This document shows positions 48,423-58,311 of a stretch of DNA of 64,000 bases, piece after piece. Each line of letters opens with the position of its first letter. Positions within the stretch are counted from its first letter, which is position 1. The DNA is from SAR202 cluster bacterium bin22. Its GTDB lineage: Bacteria; Chloroflexota; Dehalococcoidia; Lucifugimonadales; UBA3495. A model generated the notes under the pieces. It was not told the origin of the DNA. It saw nothing but the letters and a program-made list of their open reading frames with translations, and searched no databases. Made by a program: the position numbers and the translations under genes. The stretch covers positions 1,790-65,789 of the forward strand of contig MPMM01000019.1 in NCBI GenBank assembly GCA_002238505.1, read 5' to 3'.

Positions 48423-48625
48423 TCCGGTGCTTTTCAAAGCCCCGACAGGCCGCACAAATATAGAAGAAAAAGAAACTGACCTGAGCTGATTCAAAGTCCC
48501 TTCCCCCTCGATGGGGGACCACCGGAATGGGGGTGACACCCTGCGCTCAAATCCCTTAACCACCCCATTCTACGAATCGGCAGCCTGGTTTTAGAAAACA
48601 ATATCGCAGGAAGTACAGTACAGCC

Positions 48626-49285
48626 GTGAAGATTTTTCTGGATACCGCGAACATCGACGAAATACGCGAGGGGTCCGAACTGGGCATCGTGACTGGCGTC
48701 ACCACCAACCCCTCCCTGGCAGCCAAGGAAGGAATTGGGGGCAAAGCCGGCTATCGGGCGGCAGTGCAGGAAATCGCCGACCTCATTGACGGCCCCATTT
48801 CCGTGGAAGTGGTCAGCACCGACGCCGCCGGCATGATTGATGAGGGGCGGGACATCGCCGAATGGATCCCCAACCCCTGGGTCAAAATCCCCAGCACCGC
48901 CGAGGGCCTGAAAGCCATTTCAGTCCTGGCCCGCGACGGCATCAAGATTAACCAGACCCTGTGCTTTTCCGTGAACCAGGCCATACTGGGCGCCCAGGCC
49001 GGGTCCACCGTCGTCAGCCCCTTCATCGGCCGCCTCGATGATATCGGCCAGGAAGGCATGACCTTGGTGGAGGACATAGTCGCCATTTACCGCCAGTACG
49101 AACTTCCCACCCTGGTGATGGCCGCCAGCATCCGCCATACCCTGCACTGCACCCAGGCCGCCAAGGTTGGCGCCGACATCTCCACGGTCCCCTACGGTGT
49201 TCTCAAGCAGATGGTGCACCACCCCCTGACCGACGCCGGCCTGGCCCGGTTCCTTCAGGACTGGGAGAAAGCCGGCAACGCCTGA
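48626..49285 (+). CDS. tal: Transaldolase (small FSA/TalC-type family)
   Basis: FLDTAN, GVTTNPS, VKIP and AASIRH. SVEV (Glu) and SPFIGR (Phe) favour transaldolase over FSA. Confidence 0.9.
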   Translation: MKIFLDTANIDEIREGSELGIVTGVTTNPSLAAKEGIGGKAGYRAAVQEIADLIDGPISVEVVSTDAAGMIDEGRDIAEWIPNPWVKIPSTAEGLKAISVLARDGIKINQTLCFSVNQAILGAQAGSTVVSPFIGRLDDIGQEGMTLVEDIVAIYRQYELPTLVMAASIRHTLHCTQAAKVGADISTVPYGVLKQMVHHPLTDAGLARFLQDWEKAGNA

Positions 49286-49674
49286 AATATAACGGCCATT
49301 TACCTTGACATAAAGGATTGCACAATGGCCAAATGATTATTACGGGAACAACAATTCTATAGTTTCGAGGCCCTTCTACACAGAGACAGACGCGCTACTT
49401 GCTTTAAATCCAACCAGTCCTCCTTTCGACCGGCATTTGCCACTTCCCCTGCAGGACCGGCTTCTGCAGTAAGTACCACAACAAACGGCCCGGATGACAG
49501 TTGGCAAGTCGCCCAGAGCGAACAGCTCAGGCGACTACCCCAGACTATTCGACCAGTTTAACATTTGGATGGCTACCCGACTCGGGGTTATATCCCCACA
49601 TTCCCATATTGGGCTGGCATCAGCCCGCCGGCCAGAGCGCACCACCGCAGGTCCGGACAGAAATTGAGGTAAAG

Positions 49675-50970
49675 ATGACGACAACTACCAAGCCGAGGAT
49701 GATGGATGTAGCTGAACTAGGGGCTTTGACCAAGGAACAGCTCCTGGACATGGCCGAAGACGTCGGCCTGGAAGACGGCGGCGCCCTGGCATCTATACGG
49801 CGGGAAGACCTGCTCAACCGCGTCCTTCATGCCGTCTCCGCCCAGCAGTCCCTGTTATCCTCGGGCATCCTGGAAATCATGGACGAGGGCTACGGCTTTC
49901 TGCGCCAGATCAATTACCTGCCAGCCACCGGCGACGTCTATATTTCCCAGTCCCAGATCCGCCGCTTCGGCCTGCGCACCGGCGACACCGTTACCGGCCA
50001 GGTGCGTCCGCCCAAGGAGGGTGAACGCTATTTCGGCCTGGTACGGGTGGAAAGGGTCAATGGACAGGAAACGGACCAGATCAACTCCCGCTACCGGGCC
50101 CAGTTTGAATACCTGACTCCCATCTTTCCGGAACGGCAGGTGGTGCTGGAAACCGACAGCGTCAACCTCTCCACCCGCATGGTGGACCTGTTCGCGCCCA
50201 TCGGCCTGGGCCAGCGGGGCCTGATTGTCTCGCCTCCCAAAGCCGGCAAGACCACAATCCTGAAGCAGATCGCCCACAGCGTCGCCGAGAACAACCCCGA
50301 GGCGGTGCTGATGGTGGTCCTCATCGGCGAACGCCCTGAAGAGGTCACCGACATGCGGCGGGCCGTAAATGGAGACGTTTTCGCCTCCACCTTCGACGAG
50401 TCGGTGGAAGAGCAGTGCCGTGTGGCCGAACTCGCCCTGGAGCGGTCCAAGCGCCTGGTGGAAAACGGGCTGGACGTCATCATCCTCCTCGACAGCGTTA
50501 CCCGCCTCACCCGCGCCTACAACCTGGCTGTCCCCACCAGTGGCCGCACCCTCTCCGGAGGCATTGATCCGGCGGCCCTGTACCCGCCCAAGAAGTTCTT
50601 TGGCGCCGCCCGCAACATCGAAGAAGGCGGCAGCCTTACCATCATCGGCACCTGCCTGGTGGACACCGGCAGCCGGATGGACGAGGTCATTTACGAAGAA
50701 TTCAAGGGTACCGGCAATATGGAACTTCACCTGGACCGGAAGCTGGCCGACCGCCGCTTCTTCCCTGCCGTGGACATCGTCCGCAGCGGAACCCGCCGTG
50801 AGGAGTTGCTCTACGAAGAAAACACCATGAAGCAGATCTGGCTCTTGCGCCGGATGATTTCCCTCATCTCCAACGATGGCTCAACCAACGCCACCGAGCG
50901 GGTTCTGGAGCGCCTCTCCAAGTACCCCAACAACGAGGAATTCCTCTCCAACCTCAACAAGGAAACCTGA
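49675..50970 (+). CDS. rho: Transcription termination factor Rho
   Basis: [38 protein letters not shown] and [11 protein letters not shown]. Start ATG 49675 after GAGGT. Confidence 0.97.
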   Translation: MTTTTKPRMMDVAELGALTKEQLLDMAEDVGLEDGGALASIRREDLLNRVLHAVSAQQSLLSSGILEIMDEGYGFLRQINYLPATGDVYISQSQIRRFGLRTGDTVTGQVRPPKEGERYFGLVRVERVNGQETDQINSRYRAQFEYLTPIFPERQVVLETDSVNLSTRMVDLFAPIGLGQRGLIVSPPKAGKTTILKQIAHSVAENNPEAVLMVVLIGERPEEVTDMRRAVNGDVFASTFDESVEEQCRVAELALERSKRLVENGLDVIILLDSVTRLTRAYNLAVPTSGRTLSGGIDPAALYPPKKFFGAARNIEEGGSLTIIGTCLVDTGSRMDEVIYEEFKGTGNMELHLDRKLADRRFFPAVDIVRSGTRREELLYEENTMKQIWLLRRMISLISNDGSTNATERVLERLSKYPNNEEFLSNLNKET

Positions 50971-50995
50971 TCCCTGCCCTTACGGCAGTTTATTC

Positions 50996-51038
50996 GAAGG
51001 GCCCTCCCTCCTGACAGGAAAGAGGGCCCTTCCTTTAT
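50996..51038 (+). terminator. Hairpin terminator after rho
   Basis: GAAGGGCCCTC...GAGGGCCCTTC followed by CTTTAT. Confidence 0.55.
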
Positions 51039-51080
51039 CCCTGCCTTCCTGCCCTTGGCGCCCTTCGTCGATTAACCCAC

Positions 51081-51208
51081 GATCTTTCGATTATTCTGGT
51101 ACAGTCTCTTCCACCGTTCGCCCTGAGCCTGTCGAAGGGCCGCCCGGAATGGTTCTCCAAGCTCACTACGAACGGACCCGAGGAGTTGCCACCGACAATC
51201 GAAAGTCC
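51081..51208. mobile_element. 128-bp MITE-like element, copy 2
   Basis: GATCTTTCGATT...AATCGAAAGTCC, colinear with 12577-12704. Confidence 0.75.
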
Positions 51209-51231
51209 CCTCTCGAATACCCGCATCCCCT

Positions 51232-51732
51232 TGACACCACCCCCTTCCCACCCTGGATAACCCGCCCCTACCATCAAAAGACAATAACCAAACATCCCCC
51301 CTCTCCCATAGGAAGAGGGGCCAGGGGTGAGGGCAAGCCCTGTCACCCACCAAACCATGTCATCCTGAGCGAAGCCGAAGGATCTAAAATTTATACGACA
51401 TACCATGCCCAGCCAACCGCAACCAACATCAATACCGAAGTTCCCCCCTCGCCCTATGGGAGAGGGGCCGGGGGTGAGGGCCACCCCACTGACACCACCC
51501 CCTTCCCACCCTGGATAACCCGCCCCTACCACCAAAACACAATACCCAAACATCCCCCCTCTCCTATAGGAAGAGGGGCCAGGGGTGAGGGCCCCCCAAA
51601 TACAAACCATGTCATCCTGAGCGAAGCCGAAGGATCTAAAATCCATACCACATACCATGCCCAGCCAACCGCAACCAACATCAATACCGAAGTTCCCCCC
51701 TCGCCCTATGGGAGAGGGGCCGGGGGTGAGGG
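51232..51732. repeat. Tandem duplication (2 x about 250 bp) of a palindrome mosaic
   Basis: Units start at 51232 and 51490. Each has two CCCCTC.CC....GG.AGAGGGGCC.GGGGTGAGGG copies and one GTCATCCTGAGCGAAGCCGAAGGATCT. Confidence 0.9.
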
Positions 51733-51983
51733 CTCCCCGCCACCAGCCAATCTGGCCAACGGCGCACCACCCTTTCATCAGCCTGTCTACCACCCCCATT
51801 CCCACATACAAAACAACAGGAAATGAAAGGAAATAACAGGAGAAAACAAAATTCACCCCTTTTCCCGTCGGGGCGAGTTTGAAACCCGCCCTCTACCCTG
51901 GCAACAAAGAAACCCGAACGAACCGCAACCAACCCAAAAACCAGACTCGCCCCTAGCCCTGTCGGACAAGGGCCAAGTGACCG

Positions 51984-52111
51984 GGTCTTTCGATTATCTT
52001 GGTAGAGTCTCTTCCACCGCTCGCCCTGAACCCGTCGAAGGGCTGCCCGGAATGGTTCTCCAGGCTCACCACGAACGGACCCGAGGAGTTGCCACCGACA
52101 ATCGAAAGACC
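51984..52111. mobile_element. 128-bp MITE-like element, copy 3
   Basis: GGTCTTTCGATT...AATCGAAAGACC, colinear with the other two copies. Confidence 0.75.
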
Positions 52112-52198
52112 CTGGAGCCAGGTGACAGGCCCCCACGACAACCACCCGGAGCGTGTTATCATTAGGGATAAAGCCAAATCCATTTGCCCTTTCAAAGT

Positions 52199-52981
52199 AT
52201 GCCGGAAAGCAAGATACTGATAATTGACGACGAGTGGGAATCGGCTATCGTCAAGGCCGTCCAGCGGCGGCTGCAGGACGAAGGCTGGAACACTATCATC
52301 GTTCAACCCCAGTCCCAATGGATGGTCGGCGAAGAATTCGAAACTGCCACCATCTACGCCATTGAGGACGAGCGGCCCGACGGCGTACTCTTGGACGTCC
52401 GCCTGGGAGAACATCGTGACGACCAGTTCAAGGGCCTGGAAATTCTGCGGCAGATCGTCGAGCGCTACCCTACCCTGCCGGTCTTGATGTTCACCCAGTA
52501 CGCCCAGGGCCCGGCTCGGGACACTGCCGTTCGCGGCGCCCTCCGCTGGAACGCTCCCGTGGACTTCATCGACAAGCTGGCCAGCCCGGAAGAGGTCGTG
52601 CTGCGGTTGCGTCGCCTCATGGGTTCCAGTCCCGACATCATACCCATTGGCGCTCATCTGCTGGTGGATGTGGGAGCCGAAACCGTATCTGCCCGGCAGG
52701 ACCGGGACTCCCTGTTGGCGCCGGTTACAGACATCCACGGCATGAAGTTCGAAATCTTCCGGGAACTGGCTTCCGCCTGGTACCGCAGCCCCGGCGAACT
52801 GGTGCCCTTCAGCCGGCTCGAACGCTACTCCGAAGGCGAAGAGGCCCGCGCCTCCCTGCGGGTACGCATTCGCGAGATTAAAGTGTCCCTCGGCAAGGCT
52901 CTGGGAATCCAGCTGGGCGCCAACGATCTGATAGTAAACGTCAGGGACCGGGGTTATCGCCTGACGCCTCCTCAAATGTGA
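52199..52981 (+). CDS. Response regulator (receiver plus winged-helix output)
   Basis: KILIIDDE, VLLDV, VLMFT and FIDK; C-terminal LRVRIREIK...IVNVRDRGYRL. Confidence 0.85.
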   Translation: MPESKILIIDDEWESAIVKAVQRRLQDEGWNTIIVQPQSQWMVGEEFETATIYAIEDERPDGVLLDVRLGEHRDDQFKGLEILRQIVERYPTLPVLMFTQYAQGPARDTAVRGALRWNAPVDFIDKLASPEEVVLRLRRLMGSSPDIIPIGAHLLVDVGAETVSARQDRDSLLAPVTDIHGMKFEIFRELASAWYRSPGELVPFSRLERYSEGEEARASLRVRIREIKVSLGKALGIQLGANDLIVNVRDRGYRLTPPQM

Positions 52982-52985
52982 AGTA

Positions 52986-54041
52986 GTGCTGATCCCGAAC
53001 CTGCGAAACCCCTCATCCTGGAACTTGCCACGGGTCGGGATTCGACCCGTGGGCCCGGGAGGACTGACGCGCTTGCTGGGCGCGTTGATTCTCGTATTCG
53101 GCTTAGCCAACCTGGTCGTGGCACCCGTGGTGGGCGAGGCCATGTTTGCCCGCCTCTGGGGTATCGAGCCCCTCACCTACATGGGCGCCGCCCTGGTAAT
53201 CCTCGGCCTGGCCATCACCTCCCTCGCCTACATGGTGTCGGATATTGTGCGGTCGCGCCGTCGCGCCTCCGATGAAGACCGCCGGTTTGCCGAACGCTGG
53301 ACCCAGGTAACCCAGCAGTACTTCGACCTGTTCAACCACGACCTGGGCCGTCCCCTGCGTCGAATTCTGGGCAAGGAGCGGGAAATCCGCGAGCAACTCC
53401 AGGCCTCCGGGTCCGACATTCACCCGTCGGTCCGGGAACTGCTGGACGAAATCGAGGAACAGACTCCCAGCTTCCGGTTGATGATGTCCAACATCCAGGT
53501 GCTCATTGAATTGGAAACGCCCAACACCGGCGAACACCTCCACGCGGTGGAGCCCGCCGAGGTTGTCCGCCGCATCGTGGACCGCTACAGCCTGGTGGCC
53601 GGTGACGCCAACAAGCAGATTGTCTGGTGGTCCGAGCCCACCGAGTTCGGCATCGTCTATTGCGACAGCTCCGCCGTCGAGCACATAGTAACCAACCTGG
53701 TGGACAACACCGTCAGGTACGCCGAGTCCTTCGCGGAAATCGGCCTCACCAGGGACGACCAGGCTTTCCACATCCGTGTCTGGGACGATGGGCCGGGTAT
53801 TGCTTCCCGTTACCTGCCCTACCTCTTTGACCGGGGTTGGACACCGGAGGTAGCCCGCCACGAGGAGCGCACCAGTTCCGGGCTGGGACTCTTCATCGCT
53901 CATACCCTGGCCAAGCGCCACGGGGGAGATCTAACGGTGGAGAGCATCACCGTGCCCGACTCGGACCATCACACGTCCTTCACCCTGACCCTGCCCCTGC
54001 AAAGTGCGCCGTCCCGGACCGCCGGAGAGCCGGTGGCATGA
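52986..54041 (+). CDS. Sensor histidine kinase
   Basis: Two TM helices, FNHDLGRPL H-box, NLVDN, DDGPGI and SGLGLFI. Start position uncertain. Confidence 0.88.
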   Translation: MLIPNLRNPSSWNLPRVGIRPVGPGGLTRLLGALILVFGLANLVVAPVVGEAMFARLWGIEPLTYMGAALVILGLAITSLAYMVSDIVRSRRRASDEDRRFAERWTQVTQQYFDLFNHDLGRPLRRILGKEREIREQLQASGSDIHPSVRELLDEIEEQTPSFRLMMSNIQVLIELETPNTGEHLHAVEPAEVVRRIVDRYSLVAGDANKQIVWWSEPTEFGIVYCDSSAVEHIVTNLVDNTVRYAESFAEIGLTRDDQAFHIRVWDDGPGIASRYLPYLFDRGWTPEVARHEERTSSGLGLFIAHTLAKRHGGDLTVESITVPDSDHHTSFTLTLPLQSAPSRTAGEPVA

Positions 54042-54943
54042 CTTCCCTTGCCGGCCGCAGCCGGAAACGGTCTCCTTGGCCCATCCCCTCCGCCACCTGG
54101 ATTCCGTTCATTACGATCCTGCTCCTGGTTGCCCTCGCCGGCTGTGTTTATGTAACGGACCGGCCCGGGACAGCCACCCCCACGCCGTTGCCCGTGCCTG
54201 TTGCCACCCAGGCTCCCACTCCCACTCCTGTTCCGGAGCCTACTGCCACGCCCACGCCAACCCCTACGCCGGCGCCGACACCCACGGCGACTCCGGCACC
54301 GACGCCCACACCCACGCCGAAACCGACACCCACTCCCACACCCGCGCCCACCGCGACGCCGGTTCCCACACCCACGCCTACGCCCCCACCCACGGCGACC
54401 CCGGAACCAACGCCTGAACCGACATCCGACCCGAACATTCCCTTCCTGAACATAGAATCTCCGCTGGACCGAAGCATCATCCGGGAAGAATCGGTGACCA
54501 TCCAGGGCTTTACCAGCCCGGGCGCGTCGGTCAGCGTCCGGGGTCGGGCCGTAGCCGCTGGTGAAGGGGGCTTTTTCCGCCTGAAGGTGCCCCTGGCCCC
54601 CGGCGTGAATGTCCTTGAGGTATTCGCCATCAACCCTGACGGACAGCGCCAGGGCAGAACCCTGACCGTCACCTACCTGCCCCTGGAACCCTTCTTCCTG
54701 ACCATCACCCAGCCCGACGTGCAGGACCGGACGGTAAACCAGTCGTCAATCAGGCTATGGGGCAGAAGCGCCTCCGACGCCACCGTGGCGGTGAACGGCA
54801 TCGCCATCCCCGTGGACCAGCTTGGCATCTTCTCCACCACCGTAAGCCTCGGCCCCGGGCGCAACTCCATAGTAGTAGTCGCCACCAGCATGACTGGTGA
54901 AGTTCTGCGGGAAACCCTGGTAGTCACCTACAACCTGCCCTAG
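54038..54943 (+). CDS. Lipoprotein with PT linker and two Ig-like beta domains
   Basis: ATGA overlap with the kinase stop, lipobox LAGC and a long PTPT tract. Two repeats end LAPGVNVLEV and LGPGRNSIVV. Confidence 0.75.
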   Translation: MTSLAGRSRKRSPWPIPSATWIPFITILLLVALAGCVYVTDRPGTATPTPLPVPVATQAPTPTPVPEPTATPTPTPTPAPTPTATPAPTPTPTPKPTPTPTPAPTATPVPTPTPTPPPTATPEPTPEPTSDPNIPFLNIESPLDRSIIREESVTIQGFTSPGASVSVRGRAVAAGEGGFFRLKVPLAPGVNVLEVFAINPDGQRQGRTLTVTYLPLEPFFLTITQPDVQDRTVNQSSIRLWGRSASDATVAVNGIAIPVDQLGIFSTTVSLGPGRNSIVVVATSMTGEVLRETLVVTYNLP

Positions 54944-55063
54944 CCGCCATTCAAAAAGCCCTTCCCCCGTCAAGGGGGAAGGCTAGGTCTGCTATAATGC
55001 GGGGCCAGCGTGTCATACTTGCCCGGCCCTCCACTGGGCCGGAGCGTAAAGGGGGAATCCCGC

Positions 55064-55855
55064 ATGGATCTGGAACTCAAAGGCAAGGTAGCCATCATCG
55101 GCGGCGCCAGCGCAGGCCTGGGCCGTGCCTGCGCCGACGTGCTGGCGGAGGAAGGCGCCCGGATCGCCATCTGCAGCCGCACCGCCGCTAACCTGGAACG
55201 AGCGGCCGCGGAAATCCGCGACACCACCGGCGCCGATGTTCTGCCCATTGCCGCCGACCTGGAAAACTACGACAACATCAAGGACCTGGTGGCGCAGACT
55301 GTCAGCCATTTCGGGCAGCTTGATATCATGGTCAACAACTCCGGCGGGCCTCCCCTGGCCCGTTCCGAGACGGCCACCGAGGAGCAGTGGGAGACAGCGG
55401 TGCAGCGGTCCCTCTACTTCTTCTCCCGCATGTCCCGGGAGGCCATACCCCACCTGAAGGCCCAGGGCGGCGGACGCATCGTCAACATCCTGGCCAGCAC
55501 CGTGTACCAGCCCATACCCAACCTGGCCCTCTCCGGCGCCACCCGCATGGGCGTGGTCGCCTACATGAAGAGCCTGGCCGACGAGGTGGGACGAGACGGC
55601 ATCCTGGTCAACAACATCGCCCCGGGCTCCATCCTCAGCGAACGCATGCTCTCCAACGTAACCAACCGGGCCCAGGAACTGGGCGTTTCGGTGGAAGAGG
55701 GCCTGGCCGAGCGCGCCAAGGAAACGGCAGTGGGCCGCATCGGTGAGCCCCGGGAACTGGCCTATCTGGCCGCCTTCCTGGCCTCTGGCAAGTCCACCTA
55801 CATCACCGGAACCACCATCCTGGTGGACGGCGGACTGGTAAGGTCGGTGATTTAG
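55064..55855 (+). CDS. Short-chain dehydrogenase/reductase
   Basis: GGASAGLG, VNNSGGP, VNNIAPG and YITGTTILVDGG. The usual YxxxK is replaced by SGATR. Confidence 0.9.
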   Translation: MDLELKGKVAIIGGASAGLGRACADVLAEEGARIAICSRTAANLERAAAEIRDTTGADVLPIAADLENYDNIKDLVAQTVSHFGQLDIMVNNSGGPPLARSETATEEQWETAVQRSLYFFSRMSREAIPHLKAQGGGRIVNILASTVYQPIPNLALSGATRMGVVAYMKSLADEVGRDGILVNNIAPGSILSERMLSNVTNRAQELGVSVEEGLAERAKETAVGRIGEPRELAYLAAFLASGKSTYITGTTILVDGGLVRSVI

Positions 55856-55920
55856 GTTGTGTTGGACCTGCTACCGACCTTCAGCCAAACACCTGATTTC
55901 ACGTCAGGCTTGCCAAACGC

Positions 55921-56268
55921 ATGAGACCTAACTTAACCCCGCCGGAAGAACCCACCGAAGCCGAGGGCTATAACCGGCGGGGCAACCAGTACAGCCGCAA
56001 CGGCGCCTACGAGCAGGCGATAGCCGACTACACCCGGGCCCTGGAGTTGGACGACACCCTTGCCGACGCCTGGTTCAACCGGGGCTGTTCCTTCTACGAA
56101 ATGGGGATGTACGATGAGTCCATCGAGGACCTGACCCGGGCCATTGAAATAGACCCCAATGACGACAACTTCTACGGCCGCCGCTCCCTGGCCTACCTCT
56201 TCAGCGACCGCCTCGAAGAAGCGGCAGCAGACCAGGACTTATGTGATGAGATAAGGAACCGGGGGTAG
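55921..56268 (+). CDS. Small TPR protein
   Basis: Three TPR-like units (YNRRG...AIADYTRALELD, AWFNRG...LTRAIEIDP, FYGRRSLAY). Confidence 0.85.
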   Translation: MRPNLTPPEEPTEAEGYNRRGNQYSRNGAYEQAIADYTRALELDDTLADAWFNRGCSFYEMGMYDESIEDLTRAIEIDPNDDNFYGRRSLAYLFSDRLEEAAADQDLCDEIRNRG

Positions 56269-56445
56269 GCTCGTAGTCATCCATGCAAAAAGCGCTGTCA
56301 TTCTAAGCGAAGTCGAAGAATCTGAACTCCTGCCCACAAACTTCTTTGCGGTCCCGCTAGATGTTCAATGGGAGGGATTTCAGGCATTTCGGCAAGCTCA
56401 GGGCGACATTGATACTGTCAAGATTGCATCGCTTTGACAGCCAAC

Positions 56446-56489
56446 AGAAAGCCCTCCCAACGAGTTAGCTCCGGCGGGAGGGGTTCTTT
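56446..56489 (-). terminator. Putative terminator of the thiolase-DUF35 operon
   Basis: AGAAAGCCCTCCC...GGGAGGGGTTCTTT stem, 20 bp past the DUF35 stop. Confidence 0.5.
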
Positions 56490-56509
56490 ACTGTGCAATA
56501 TGCGGGGCT

Positions 56510-56935
56510 TTACTGGCTGGATGGCTTGAAGTACGGCACCGTTATCTGGTCGGTGGCCCTTACAAACGTAACCTCCACGGGCATGCCAATGGTTACTTCG
56601 CGGGGATTGCAGTCCACGATGTTGGTGAACATCTTGACCCCTTCTTCCAGTTCCACCACCGCCAGCACGTAGGGGACGTCCTCGGCAAAGCCGGGGGTGC
56701 GGTTCTGGTAGGTCACGGTGTAGGTCCACACTGTTCCCTTGCCGCTGGCCTGCACCCACCGAATGCTGTCGTCGGACCAGCAGTTGGCGCAGATACCCCG
56801 CGGATAGAACTGGTACTCCCCGCATTTTTCGCACCTCTGGATCAGCAACTCGCCCCGTCGGCACGATTCCCAGTAGGGCCTGGTCTCCCCGACCACGGTG
56901 GGCAGGGGCTTGTTCCACTCTTGTCTGGTAGTCAT
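56510..56935 (-). CDS. Zn-ribbon/OB-fold protein (DUF35, ChsH2-like)
   Basis: RPYWE, QRCEKC...YPRGICANC and PYVLAVVELEEG. Start ATG 56935, 2 bp after the thiolase stop. Confidence 0.9.
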   Translation of the reverse strand: MTTRQEWNKPLPTVVGETRPYWESCRRGELLIQRCEKCGEYQFYPRGICANCWSDDSIRWVQASGKGTVWTYTVTYQNRTPGFAEDVPYVLAVVELEEGVKMFTNIVDCNPREVTIGMPVEVTFVRATDQITVPYFKPSSQ

Positions 56936-56937
56936 TG

Positions 56938-58131
56938 TTAGTCCCTCCCCAATATGGCGGTGCCGCCGCTGTGCCGCGCGCCCAGGGAACCGCCCGTGCC
57001 GTGGCAAAGGGCAATCTGGCAGTTGTCCACCTGGCGCGGCGTGCCCTCGAACTGGTGGCGTAGCTGGCGAGTGGCTTCCAGCAGCAGGAAGATGCCCCGC
57101 ATACCCGGGTGGTTGGAAGACAGTCCGCCGCCATCGGTGTTGATGGGGAATTTGTCCGTCCTCTCCGAGTCAACCTGCAGGCGGCCGCCGGATACGAACT
57201 GGCCTCCCTCGCCCTTCTCGCAAAAGCCCAGGTCTTCCAGCGTCTCCACCACCGTTATGGTGAAGGAGTCGTAGATCATGGCCATGTCGATGTCCTTCTG
57301 GGTCACACCGGCCATGGCGAAGGCGGGCTCGTGGCTCTGCTTGGCGGCGATATACATCAGGTCTCGCTTGCCGGCCCCCTGGTGGGCAATGGCCTCGCCC
57401 ACGCCCAGCACCCAGACGGGAGTGTGGCGGCAGTTGCGGGCCACCTCGGGAGACGCCACCACCACCGCGCCGCCGCCATCGGTGATGACACAGCAGTCGG
57501 GCAGGTGCAGGGGCGACGAAATCACGCGGGAGTTGACGATGTCCTCCACCGTCACGGGGTCGCGGAACAGGGCCTCGGGATTCATGGAGGCGTGCCTGCG
57601 CATGGCCACCGCCACCTCGGCAAGCTGCTCGGAGGTCGTGTCGTAGAGGTGCATGTGCCGCTGGGCGATCATGGCGTACAGGCCCACGGTCGTAAGGCCG
57701 TAAAGCTCTTCGAAGCTGTCGGGGGATGGGTCGAGACGAGGGTGGCCGTAGCGGCCCACGCCGCCAGTGCCCACGGAGACGCCGCCGGAACGGGCCAGGC
57801 TGCTGTAGGTGATGACGGCGACGTTGATGCGCCCCGCCGCGATGGCGGTGAGGGCGTGGGACAGGTGGAACTCGAAGGAACCGCCGCCCACGGTAGTGTT
57901 GTCCACGTACTTGGGGTACATGTTCAGGTAGTCGGCCAGGTTCATGCCGCTGTTGCGGATGCTGCTGGAGGCGGTGAAAAGACCGTCCACGTCCTTCTTG
58001 GACAGCCCGGCGTCGGCCAGCGCCTTGATGACGCTCTCCCCCTGGATCTGCAGCTCGCTCTTGTCCGGCGCGTAGCGGGTGACGTGTTCGTGAATACCCA
58101 CGATGGCCGCGCCATGCTTAAGGTCAACCAT
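56938..58131 (-). CDS. Thiolase-like protein (SCP2/Ltp2 type)
   Basis: AAIVGI, DCCVITDGGGA, IYDSFT, NTDGGGLS and LCHGTGG. Start ATG 58131 after GGAGG. Confidence 0.88.
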   Translation of the reverse strand: MVDLKHGAAIVGIHEHVTRYAPDKSELQIQGESVIKALADAGLSKKDVDGLFTASSSIRNSGMNLADYLNMYPKYVDNTTVGGGSFEFHLSHALTAIAAGRINVAVITYSSLARSGGVSVGTGGVGRYGHPRLDPSPDSFEELYGLTTVGLYAMIAQRHMHLYDTTSEQLAEVAVAMRRHASMNPEALFRDPVTVEDIVNSRVISSPLHLPDCCVITDGGGAVVVASPEVARNCRHTPVWVLGVGEAIAHQGAGKRDLMYIAAKQSHEPAFAMAGVTQKDIDMAMIYDSFTITVVETLEDLGFCEKGEGGQFVSGGRLQVDSERTDKFPINTDGGGLSSNHPGMRGIFLLLEATRQLRHQFEGTPRQVDNCQIALCHGTGGSLGARHSGGTAILGRD

Positions 58132-58311
58132 AAGCGGAAAGCCTCCCAATATAGGGGTCAAGAATAGTAGGGGTATGCAAAGGTGGGGCCATTATGCCAT
58201 AGAGAGAGGGGTGGGGGTAGCGGGGGTAACTAGTATGCCTTGAACAGATTTCCCCTATATGTAACTATTATAAGACCCCGGAAAGCCCAGCTAAAGCAGA
58301 GAGTAAGAATC

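Noticed and set aside
51232-51732. Possible CRISPR array (also considered for 7617-7818)
   Set aside because: The sequences between repeats are themselves duplicated rather than unique spacers, there are only two units, and there are no cas genes.
50876-51856. 316-aa and 273-aa ORFs with internal repeats
   Set aside because: They are translations of the non-coding repeat island.
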